This document shows, piece after piece, positions 14,016 to 25,591 of a stretch of DNA of 64,000 bases. The DNA is from Antedon mediterranea (taxonomy: Eukaryota; Animalia; Echinodermata), in contig NC_092672.1 of the NCBI RefSeq assembly GCF_964355755.1, positions 34,540,437-34,604,436 on the forward strand, read 5' to 3'. A program made the translations under genes and the position numbers. Numbering within the stretch: the stretch's first letter is position 1; each line of letters opens with the position of its first letter. The notes beneath the pieces were generated by a model. The model searched no databases and was not told the DNA's origin. It was given only the letters and a program-made list of their open reading frames with translations.

Positions 14016-15829
14016 TATCTCCATATATGGACATGATGATGTCATATCACTACCATATTTGGGCATATCACTACCATGTTTGGTTGTCATTATCATACTT
14101 TTTGTCAAAGTAGTTTCACACACAGTGTAAACAGAGCTTTGCTTTGCTACATGAAAATATTCCCTGTAAAATGTTTGCTGACATATTATACCTATATCAT
14201 TGCACATTTATTTATTTGTTGTTTATTAAAGTTTATAAGAGCATGTTTTAAACATTGATGCATTTTAGCAATTGCTTTTTTAATGAATGGAATTGAGTGT
14301 CAGACAAAAACAAAAAGCTGACCATTGCATGGATTCTGTCATAGAATTTTCTTTTGATATTAAACTTTTATAGCATTCTACTACCCTGAACCTTTAAACC
14401 ACTTACTTTAATAATTATTACTATCAAGTTAAAAGCTTTTTATGGTTATCACCTGCTTTCTCTCTTCCAACAACTTTATCGTAGTAAAACAGTGTATTTA
14501 AGTAATTATAAGTGAAGTTTGCACTTTCTTAAAATAACCATTATGAAACCTGGTTATTTTTAAATAGCATCTGATTCTGGATGGAATCCAAAAGATAGGC
14601 CTACTACTGTAAAGATATGCTTAAATACATAAAACTCTTTAATCGGTGTGTCATGTTTTTTAAAAATCTCATATAAAATACAGTATTTGTTATTATCACT
14701 GCATTATTTCCATTGTTAGTATTTTTATCGTTACAATTAATATGGTACATTATACTGTTTTTATCTATTTATTTATTTAATTATTTATCTATTTCAATTT
14801 CAATTTCAATTTTGTTTGTTTTGTTTTGTTTTTTTTCTCGTTTTAAGGGGCTTTGCGTCTAAAGCATTAGCTTACAGCTTAACCCCGTTCACAACCTCAA
14901 TTAATTTTGCATGTACTTTGTATTATCTGAGATTGTGAATAAAGTTATATATATAGTAATTCAGTATTACTGCATACATTTTGCTATAGTGCTTTAAACC
15001 AAAGAGATGTAACATTTCCATGCTATTTTAAATTACTAATTAAATTACTAATTTACTTCTTTTACAGTATAAAGAAAACCAACTAAAATCTGTCTCCACC
15101 AATAGTAGAGTCTACTATTATTTGTTATCAATGTGAACATTGTGACAGGGATGTGGACATTTAAAGCTTGCAAACAGACAATGCTTCTAAAAAAATGATA
15201 TTACAAATTCATACTTTTCTTAGAGAGTAATCCCTTTTCCCAAGAGTTTGGAATTCCATTCATTATTTATCCATTTATTCAAGATATGCATCTAAGGTAG
15301 ATGTTAGCAGTCTGATAAACAACATGGCTGGAATATAAATCTATACTGCTCTCACAACATTTAATGTTATTCTGGCTTGGAGCCAATGTCATGTTGTTAC
15401 ACAAGCAAGGAACGACATCATTCTCATAACGACATGAAAACCCACCTACGCCCTCACCTCCACACCGTGAATATATTATATTTAATATATTCTAACATTG
15501 CAGTCTGTTATCTAACTGATGATATTTGATCGTAATTTCAATGTTTACATTTTAAATGGTGATGAGGAGAGATGACAGAAAAAAATGAATATCATCATCA
15601 TAATGACAAAATAATGATAGAACAAAGATGACAATGATGGTGATTATGTCTGATGATGATACAGTATGATAATTATGATCCTGATAATGATGTTGATATT
15701 ACAGTTACTGTACATTGACAGTACTGTACATTGATAACTATGATTATAATGATATTGATAATGAAAATGGTCATTCTGAAACTTTGTATTTTATAATTAT
15801 ATTAATGATGAAAATGATACCATTGATAA

Positions 15830-16436
15830 TTATGATTATTGATAATATTATGTTGAAGATAATTATGAAATGGCCAATAATCAGCCGATATGAATAATGA
15901 AAATGACGAAAATGATAATGTAAACCAACAAACCACAACCTCACAAGTTAAAGACAATACAGGTCCAATGATGATATAATTTTATTAATTTACAAGATAA
16001 TATGATTATTGATAATGATAATGATTTATAAAGATTATGAAATGGTCAATAATAATAATCTGATTAGAATATTAAAAATGATAAAATCGATAATGTAATT
16101 GTAAACAAACAAAGCACAACTTTTCAAGTTAAGTACAATACAGAGGTCCAATAATGATACAATTGATAATATGATTATTGATAATGATAATGATAAAGAT
16201 GAAATGGCCAATAATCAAGCTGATATGAATTAGGGAAATGAAAACATCGATAATGTAAACTACAACTTTTCAAGTTAAAGACAATACAGAAGTGCAATGG
16301 TGATACAGTTGATACAATTATTGATAAAGATAATGATAATAATGAAGATGATTATGAAATGGTCAGTGAATCAAGTCGATTTGAATAATGACAATGACAA
16401 CATTGATAATGTAAACAAATCACAACTTCAAGTTAA
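15830..16436. repeat. Degenerate ~155-175-bp tandem repeat, 4 units, (GATAAT)-rich
   Basis: GAAATGG(C/T)CA recurs at ~15867, 16039, 16201 and 16356, each followed by GATAATGTAA...ACAAC..CAAGTTAA. Confidence 0.8.
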
Positions 16437-19400
16437 GGGACCTCTGGGAGAACAGTTTTTTAAGTGAAGAGGTCACACAGTATAAAGAATAAATAAAAAG
16501 GACAATTACAGATAGTTTCACTGGTGAAGGAAGTAAACAATGTAACAAGTGACAATATAAAACACAATATGGGAAGTACATGCTACAACTACATTACACT
16601 TTCAACTTAAGTCTGTATATTTTAATAGCTGGATCATAATACTATCCCACGGGACAAGCACCATGCTTTATTGTGGATTAACATTTGACTCGTATTTATT
16701 GTGAATTACATAGCCAGCCAGATTATGATAGTAAGCTACACAAATTATTTTCATGCTAAATGAGAATGATGGAATTTCTTTTTGCGATGAAAGAATCCAA
16801 GGAGGCCATGTTGTGAAAAGGTTGTTTAATTGAAAATGATCATTACTGTACATTACAAACAATCTAAACATTTCAGTGTTTGGTAATTTTTAGGTAGAAT
16901 AAATAGTAAAATGTTGTCCTCTTGAAAACATTATTTTCTATATTTGTTGTTGTTGAATGCCATTCATTATTAACTATATTATTATTAACTTTGACCAAAA
17001 ATTTGATAAGAAAAAAATTATTTACTGAAAAAACTGTAATTTAATTTTTGTTGTTTTCATTTATTTTTCTGCGAAAGTGACTAACTTTAATAAAACTACA
17101 AAAGGACCTATTAAAAATCTGCTTTTATTAATCATTATTTAATATTTTCCATGTTTTTGAGGGGACAATACATCCTTAAATGATAACCAAATCTGGATCT
17201 AATTATGAAAATAAATAATGCAGATTTATCTACAGTAATTGGTTGCATACATTCGGCATAATATTCCAGCACGGCCTAATCAGTAACAAACGAATAGCTT
17301 CATTTGGAATAGATGCCATGATTATTACCTGAAGTAAGTAGTATCATTTGCAGGTTTAAGACAGCCAGACGAAACAAAGTGAAAACAATACTCCTCATAG
17401 GCAACATAGGGTATTGAAGACTATGATAAATATCTGAATTGTGTACATAACATTTAACAATCTAGAAAAACAGCGACTTTATAGGAACTTTGCTTACTGT
17501 CATAAACTAGATATATCACTATATAACTACCTATACTATAAGTTTTAAAAGTAGAAATTATATTATTATATTTATTATTTATATTTTAAAGCCATTGAAT
17601 GTACAGTAATATAACACAGTAGAATCCCTATTAATATTATTCAGGATCAAAAAAGAGGTGTCATCCATGAATAGTTGGCTGCATTAACATTAATGTCCTT
17701 ATGTCCCTGAATAAGGGTGTTTCGCAATGTTAATAAACATAATAGCCTTTGTTAACTGAATAGGGGGTGCCTCTGAATAGTGTTCTCTCAGTAGTCTAAT
17801 GTTTTAAAAAAACTTTCATTAAAGAAATTATCATAGTGTACTGTACATAATAGAGCAACTATGAGTACATTGAAGTCACATAAATGAATTATGATGATGA
17901 TGTAATAAATGTTACATCATGCATCAATTGATATAAATGGGTTAATTGGTTTATATTACTATAATAAATTATGTAATACTAATACCTAAGGGTATAAATT
18001 AAAGCATGTAATAATCATTTTTGTATTCATTGAATTTTAATTAAACAATGGAAGACAGCCTTAGGCTGTATATTAATACATCTATCAGTGATAATATCAT
18101 TATCAATTTTATTTATCAATTAATAAAATAACATTATTTAAATGTTACAATGTTGTTGCTTTAAAGAGTGATGGAAATAATTTATATGAAATATGGCTTG
18201 TATTATTTAATTTTAAGATGGTGATAAGCTTTGATCTGCCCAAAAACTTATTACCATTTGTCAATATTTATTATTTTATTGGAAATAATAAAGAATATAA
18301 CTGTTTTTAGTTTCACAAAAATTCTTACTTTTAAAATGTTAGTTTAGATATTTAAATAAATATTAGTACTTTTCATAAATTATGAAAATAATTTTGCAAT
18401 TAAAATATACAATTTATACTTTCATTATCATATGTTGAGGGCAGTATTGCATATTTTTATATCATCAGATAAAGCACACCATAGTCGAATTAATCTTTGA
18501 ATCATGCAGATGAGCAGTTACTTATGCAAATTCAAGGTGACAGGGTGACATGAGGAAAAAAATTAGTATTTATCAACAAGGTTGGCACTGGTGGAGGCTT
18601 CTGTAATCTAGGTACCAATCTTTTATTATCATTTCACTATCTCTAACTGGGTAATAATTTAATAATAGGTGGATCCAAGCAATGCCTCTTTTATTTTTAA
18701 AACCAGAAACAACAAGAGAAACAAATCCGCCACTTACAGCTTGGTTTAACAGATACAATACAATTACAACAACTCAGAAACACTTAAATTACGACGAAAC
18801 AGATAAAGATTGGAATTAAAAATGTCAATATGGGGATGGGCCTGGACTAAACTATTATAATATAAACTTAATCTACTGATGTAACCATTTTTTAGAACAT
18901 TGACTCTACAAAAGGGAACACAAAGGATATTGTTGTTTCTTAAATTACGGGCGGGAACATGAATACCGAAATTGGAGATAAAGTTGCAGTCAAAAATAGA
19001 ATGAAGACATTTAAAAAGAAAAATAAGATCATTGTGACATCTACTGTACGTAATGAAGGGACATCTAAATTTTCGGACAATGCAAAAGTTTAGGTTTTGG
19101 CAAGTTTAGCACTCCAGTTTACAATTTTGTGTACCTCTCCCTCCAATTCAAAGCCGAAAAATTGTCAAAACGCCCTCTGTTATATGTGATGTTTTTGTGG
19201 CGTATATACCATTGCTTACATTAAAGAATAGTTGACAAGACTACTTATTATTACTTGAAAAGGAACATCACAAATAAAAAAACCACAAACCAAATCATCA
19301 GTCAGGTTCTCTATAACAATTTTATTGTTTAATCAAGTATTGTTTTATGGTATCAAATGTTATCAAGTACATGCTAACATTATAATATTTAATATTGTTA

Positions 19401-19519
19401 TATTTAATTGTTAATTGAACATTTTGAATGCAAAAAATTGTCAAAATACTGATCAAGTTTATTCCGAAATGCCCTCTGTTATATTTGATGTTTGTGTGGC
19501 ATCATTGAACGCATCATTA

Positions 19520-20826
19520 TGCACTTGTCAATTGTATGACCCACTATACGAGAATACAGATCACTCCGGCCGCGCTTCACTCCGGCCGCGCTTCAATCCG
19601 GCCGCGATTTATTCCGGCCGCAGCTATGGAGCGCGCAATGAGTCTTTTACAACCGAGACACGTTTTTTTGTAGAGAATCAAAATAAACATTTGTAATCAT
19701 ACAGTATATTTTTTCTCTTTCAGGATCACAACAACATCGCAAGTGTTTTAAATTAGGTCTAATGCTAAAACAAAATAATTTATGTGTTTTATCCAATGTA
19801 ATAGGCTAGTATATTAATTGTAATGTGATTAATTAATGTAATTTATTGCAATGTACCCTATATGTCATATTATTTTTATCATATATAAATTAAAATATAA
19901 AATCATTGTAAATTGGACTGTACCAAAATAATATATTAATTCTTGATACAATTCCAGGTAACATTAATTAGACGGATATTTGATTATTTGAAATAAATTA
20001 ATTAATATATGTTGTAAATATTGTTATTAACTATAAACAAACATAAATAATAATTGATTATTTGAAATAAATTAATTAATATTTTACATATTGTTATTAA
20101 CTATAATTAGTAAGTATGGGTACTGGCAAGATAAAGTGTTATAAAAATAAGGGTTTTAACTAATTTTTAATGTTAATAAATGTAAAGCTATAAAAATAAA
20201 TGTACATAGAAAGAAATTAAATATTGTTATTCAACCATAATTAGACGGGTATTTGATTATTATTTTATTATTGAATTTAATTAAGTTAAGTAATAGTTTG
20301 AAAGAAAAAGCAGTTCCAACTTCTTTGAATGTTATTGTTAATGAAAAAAGTAAAATTGTTGCTAATAAATATTCAACTAGTTCCATTTAAATTCACCAAG
20401 AATTTGTTATAACACTGAACAGTATAGAAAACGTAGATATGGGCGCTCCATACTAACGGCCCCTTTGCACAGGAAGTCGAATTGAATAGCGGCCGGAGTG
20501 CATACATCGCGCTAAACTGATACGGCGGCCGGAGTGAAGCGCGGCCGGAGTGATCGGCTACCCTATACGACCCCTGGGAGAGGTGAGTCATTTGTCCGAT
20601 GTGCATCATACTTTTGAATACCATACCCATTTTGACGCACTGTGACCATGTTGTTTATGATATGGTGGGTGGTAAAGTGACGGACATTGACACACCTTGT
20701 TCATTGATGTGACGTACCATCTAGGTTTTTTGACGCACCCCTGCGTCAGTAATTATTTGTAAATGACGCACCCATGACGCACCTTTCCCGGGGGTCGTAT
20801 AGTGAGTCATACAATTGACAAGTGCA
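19520..20826. mobile_element. Harbinger-like MITE family C, interrupted by a 1-kb insertion
   Basis: TIR TGCACTTGTCAATTGTATGAC with TTA TSD. An uninterrupted relative lies at 62950-63287 in the opposite orientation. Confidence 0.85.
19552..20562. mobile_element. Non-autonomous DNA transposon with 8-bp TSD (Merlin/MULE/hAT-like; superfamily uncertain)
   Basis: TSD CTATACGA at 19544-19551 and 20563-20570. Subterminal inverted arrays of (GA)TCACTCCGGCCGCGC flank an AT-rich core. Confidence 0.8.
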
Positions 20827-21148
20827 TTAACGAGTTGTGAAAAATGAAAAGTTTTAACAATATTTTATTAATATTAATTAACTGATTTTCTAGGGGAAAA
20901 AATATATTTTTAAATAATAAAAATATATAATATTTAAAAAAATGTACTTGACATCATTTTATATCATAAAACCCTACCAGGCGATATCGGGTCCCTAACA
21001 GGCGACACCGGGCCTACCGGGCGTAGATTAGTATGACTGATCACTTCCTTAAAACTGAAAAGATTTACATTGAAGGGAACCAAAGCATTTACCCGCCCGA
21101 CGAGCCGGCACTGTCAATGAATATTGCATAATGAAAATGTTGGCCTAC

Positions 21149-21263
21149 CTTTGCCGGGTTCTGTATAAAGATTATAACATTCCATTAATATTTTCTCATT
21201 AATGGAGCGTGTACCGGCGTCTACTGAATTAGCAGCTGAACGTTGTTTCAATTTTCCAGACAT
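21149..21263 (-). CDS. Probable first coding exon of an uncharacterised dynamin/EHD-sarcalumenin-like GTPase (MSGKLKQRSAANSVDAGTRSINEKILMECYNLYTEPGK|G)
   Basis: ATG at 21263, 38 open codons plus 1 nt, then donor G|GTAGGC. It is head-to-head with MRPL57. The 'EKILMECYNLY' segment resembles, from memory, the N-terminus of an uncharacterised animal P-loop GTPase family (ERILKECHxLY). No downstream exon was found in the window. Confidence 0.55.
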
Positions 21264-21727
21264 TTTAGAGGAGATAATGTTTGACAAAGTATAACAAAAA
21301 CACCGGTGTTTAGGTCTTGTGAATGATGACGTGAAAAGGACTTCAAAATCACACGTCTGCTCATGTCTTTATTTTGCGCCGATACGTCTGATAACGCAAA
21401 CGCGTTTAGATTAAATCCTCACTCATTATTAGTGGGAAAAACCAACTGGCTGGGATACAAGTATTTGTGTTAGTATGTATTTGATATACTTCTAGGGACC
21501 ACTAATACTGTATTAACAATGCAAATCGTTTCTTTTATTAAACTGCTGAAAATTCAAACGATAAAGAACATTTTTGTTGACGCGTTATTGTTTATGTTGA
21601 CACTTTATAACCGAACGTGGTTGGATCGATCACACTGCACGAACGGCGACCGTTCCTCTCTTTATTTATCGTGTTCTTTTTCTTTGAAACTAAACTATTA
21701 TTGTTAATTTATTTAATTATATTCATT
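21264..21727. promoter_or_regulatory. Bidirectional promoter region GTPase-like gene / MRPL57
   Basis: Divergent ATGs 464 bp apart, with local CpG enrichment and a CRE-like TGACGT at ~21327. Confidence 0.5.
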
Positions 21728-24041
21728 ATGTGGCTAACGAGGGTTCTTTGTGGTCATAAATTCTATTCTCGTAAACGAACACATGGATTACAATTTATAG
21801 GGTAAGTTCTAGGCTTGAAAGGTGCTTGGCGGTGGTGTTTTAGAAAGGGCGGTGAGGGAGCCCCCTGTCCCCTAGGCCGTCGTGGTTTATGAATAGGACT
21901 CTCTGGTGAAAGCTGATATTGGCCTAGCTGAGATCCTGTTTTGCGCAATTTAAAATTGCGCAAGGGTTTTTTTTGCGCAAACAAATTATAATATTCATTT
22001 CGCAGTTTTGTTTTTTTTTAAATATTTCTCAATATTATTTTTTTTTTCTTATTTTTTAGTACATAAATATATTATAATATTAATAAATAATAATAATGGA
22101 TGGAAAAAGTGTATTATTCTGTCAAAATCTTTATTTATTTATTTATTTATTCTTTCCTTAGCACTATTTTGTCCGTGAATTATCTTGGCATCAGTTTCAT
22201 CTATCTAAGTCAATTTTTCAGAGTATATTCCTTATGGCCAGGAATCGATGTGGTTATATTTTCACGATGCGCAATCAAAAATTACGCGGTCTACGCGCGA
22301 TTTTACGAAATCACATATGTAATCATATCTTCACAAGCATGAATCACAATTAAACAAAATTTGGTACTCATAAATTTCAGGTCATATTTCGTGATATGGC
22401 AATACAATTACGTGCGTAGCGCATATAACGCTTGCGTACGCACGCTTAAAATGTTCAAAATTGTCAAAATTTATTTTCGATGAAATTAGAGTACGTTTCA
22501 GGCAATTTTAAGCAGATTTTTGCACGCGCACTGCGCGTTAAACGTTAATGCGCACTCTTTTTGCCCGATTTCTGTTTTACAATCTTTCTTTAGTAATATC
22601 ATCATATTTGATTCAGGTTTCAACTCGAAATTGCGTTATACGAGCACGTCAAAAGTGACTGGCTACGCACGTATAAGTTAACAAAATGGTGAAAATATGC
22701 TAAATTTTAAAATTAATATATATCGTCAGAATGCAGGGGAACACCTATTTTTTATTTCATTTTCTTGAAGTGTATGTATCAAATGTATGATTTATTATGA
22801 AATTAGAAGAACAAAAGTTGATTAAGTCATCATTAATTGCATATTAAATTTAAAAAAATTAATTTCGACAATCAAACAAATTATGACATTTTCTTAGGCC
22901 AAAATAACAAACTTAACATTAACTTTCTTCCTTCAAAAGTTCATATATTAAAGTTAAAAGTATGTAGTTTGACAGTGCATCATTTGTTTACATTTTAAAG
23001 ATGTCATCATAGTAAAAAATTATAATTCATTTCGGTATGTAATAATCTATTTGCACCAAAGTGGTTACTGCATAGTAAATACACGGAGGAATTTTTCTAC
23101 AACTTTTAGCCAGTTGTGTATGGCTCGATGGTCTGTGCTCGTGTCTATGGCATTCAAGGTACCGAGATCGAGTCTCACCTTGGGAAACGAAATAAGATTT
23201 TTTTTTATTATTTGTATTGTTCAAATTTTTTTCTTAGTGTATAGATTATACACATGATTTATAATGAAATCTAGATAAAAATTAACTTATGTCTTTATTA
23301 TTATGTAACAACAAATGTGGTTTATGACATTATACGCATATGGATCTTTGATCGGATTGTGATACCGGTTAGCAAGGTCCTATCATATATTATAAATAAT
23401 TAAAGATTCTGAGAAAATCAATCAATATATCTTTTAAAAATCAATTATCTTTATTTAATTCAATGCATATAACCTATAATTTGTCATAGTGACAAATTAA
23501 ATCTAGTTTTAATTTTTAGTTTGTTACATATTTGTTTTTCCTTGAACAAATTGCTGGCAAAAAATCTACTCGTACTTCTCGGGTCTAAGGGTAAATGTTA
23601 TTAGCACTGACTATTTAAAACCAATTAAGGCCTAAAGTATTAATTATCACATCATGCAAAATAATTTTTTATTATTTTATTTTTCAGTAAGCATCGAAGA
23701 TATCGACCAATTACCAAATTTATGGTGCAAAATATGGTACGGAGGCTGAATCTTGAAGAACAAAACCGGAAATATCTTGAAACTTCATTTCTGTCTGAGG
23801 TACATATTACTATTAAATATGGCTAAAAAAATTGAAATTGTATCACAAACTAAATATTTTTCTATTATAAATTGTTTTAATTGTATTTTTTAATTTGCAG
23901 GAAGAAGAAAGTGGAAGTGCAAGACAAAGACATATTGTTCAAGCCAAGGAATTCATTAATGCACGAAGAGGAGTGAACATGAGGCCTCATAAATATCTTA
24001 TAGACTATTTTAAACACTTAGAAGGCTATAGAACGTGGTAG
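21728..24041 (+). CDS. MRPL57: Mitochondrial ribosomal protein mL63 (MRP63/MRPL57), 3 exons, 108 aa
   Basis: Exons 21728-21801, 23688-23799 and 23901-24041, all GT-AG and phase-consistent. Translation MWLTRVLCGHKFYSRKRTHGLQFIGKHRRYRPITKFMVQNMVRRLNLEEQNRKYLETSFLSEEEESGSA...PHKYLIDYFKHLEGYRTW* matches the mL63 pattern (IGKHRRxR...QNMxRRLxxExxN...PH...HL...W). Absent from the ORF track as a whole gene. Confidence 0.9.
22112..23506 (+). mobile_element. Possible Helitron/Helentron-type non-autonomous element in MRPL57 intron 1
   Basis: CpG-rich block ending in hairpin ATTTGTCA-TAG-TGACAAAT followed by CTAG|TT (23479-23508). The 5' boundary is uncertain. Confidence 0.4.
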
Positions 24042-24373
24042 CCAATAATCCAACATGGCCATATGATAGAACACTATGAATAAACTGTAGTATGGACACT
24101 GAGGATATTTTGAGTGGAGGGAGACAAGAACCAAGGAAATGTTGTGTGCAGGTTCAGGTTACACATCTGGTAGAAGTTTTTTTTAAACTGTCTACAGCTT
24201 TGGTATTAAAGGACCTGAACATCACAATTTTAAAAAGAACTGAACATTCTACTTCATTTAAAGTAGTACAGTATATGGGCTAGTAAAATCCCAGTGGTCC
24301 GAATAAATAATGGCGAAGTTGTCCTGGTTTTTTAACAATCAATAGCTTTCTATTCAGATTAAACATGTCATAA

Positions 24374-24531
24374 AGCTGTCTACGCTATCAAATTTTATGT
24401 GACAAGAAAATGTGATGTGCCCATATATGAACATGATGATGTCATATCATTGCCATATATAGGCATATCACTACCATATTTGGGCACATCACACTTTTTT
24501 GTCAAACTAGTTTGATAGTGTAGACATAGCT
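24374..24531. mobile_element. MITE family A copy
   Basis: TIR pair with TWA flanks, between the MRPL57 and AIFM3 3' ends. Confidence 0.8.
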
Positions 24532-25591
24532 TTAGATTTAAATGAAGTGTCATCTATTGAAATACAAAGATGTACCTTTTGACATTTAATAAAAAAGATA
24601 AAAACCAAAATGTGAATAATAAATACAATTAACTTGATAATAACCAAATGAAATGGTAATCTTTAATTATGGTAGAGTTGATACGAGCTCTGAATGTCCA
24701 ACATGCTTTTCTGTACATCAATTTTGACAATAAACAATCATAAATTATAATATCTATTCATATTTACTACATAAGCCCTGCTTTATAACAATAGCACGAC
24801 CAGAACCAACAAGACGGTGGGTTTGTAACCCTTTATACCATACATGATTAAATTATTTAAAACTAAACTATTTCTTATTGTATCTGCTTCAACAAAAAAA
24901 GCTAATTGTTCTACAAACGGTACACCAATTATGCTAATAAAACAACAAGTGATGCTGTAGGTGGATAGCACAAACTAAGCCCAGTACAGTTATTTGATAT
25001 CTGAAAGACAATGAAGTAAAGCTGGATGGAAGAATTTTAGTCTGATATTGCGCTGTCGAGTGCTCAGTGCTGGGTAGCAATACATTTAAATAACAGAATT
25101 ACTTCTGGAATAATTTAAAACATGGGGGGACCTGCCCAGCATGATATTGTATCATCGAATGTGGTACATTATATATTTTTTTGAAATGATATATATTCTG
25201 TTTGCTAATTAATATATTATAAAATTAGCAATAATACAATTATTTACATTATTATCTTTAAAAAAAACCTACCATACTGGTATCTATATAAGGAATATAT
25301 GTGATATAATCATATTAATTAATCTTTAATCATTTTCAAAACAAATTATTGTTTTTATAAAATATAACCATTTGTGATAGCACTTTTTTCTGATGAAAAA
25401 ATTTAGTCATCAAAAAGAATTTTTTCTGTTTCTATCTTAAAAACTAGGTAAAAATGTATTATTTCAGATCAGCCTAAAAAAGGTTTTACACACACTTTTT
25501 TCTTCACTGCAGTTGGAAAAGCTAAAATCCATGTGGCATTTATTGATTATATCTTGAATATATGTATAGAAATTTATAGTCCACAGTTGGT

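Noticed and set aside
13456-14113. Paired similar ORFs (MASMRTFLWPAG...) on both strands
   Set aside because: Artefact of the GC-rich TIRs of a non-autonomous transposon.
18579-18819. Possible terminal exons on + (e.g. ...KSATYSLV*, PDZ-like end)
   Set aside because: Weak acceptors, ambiguous frame and no homology recognised. Revisit only if the nested gene is confirmed.
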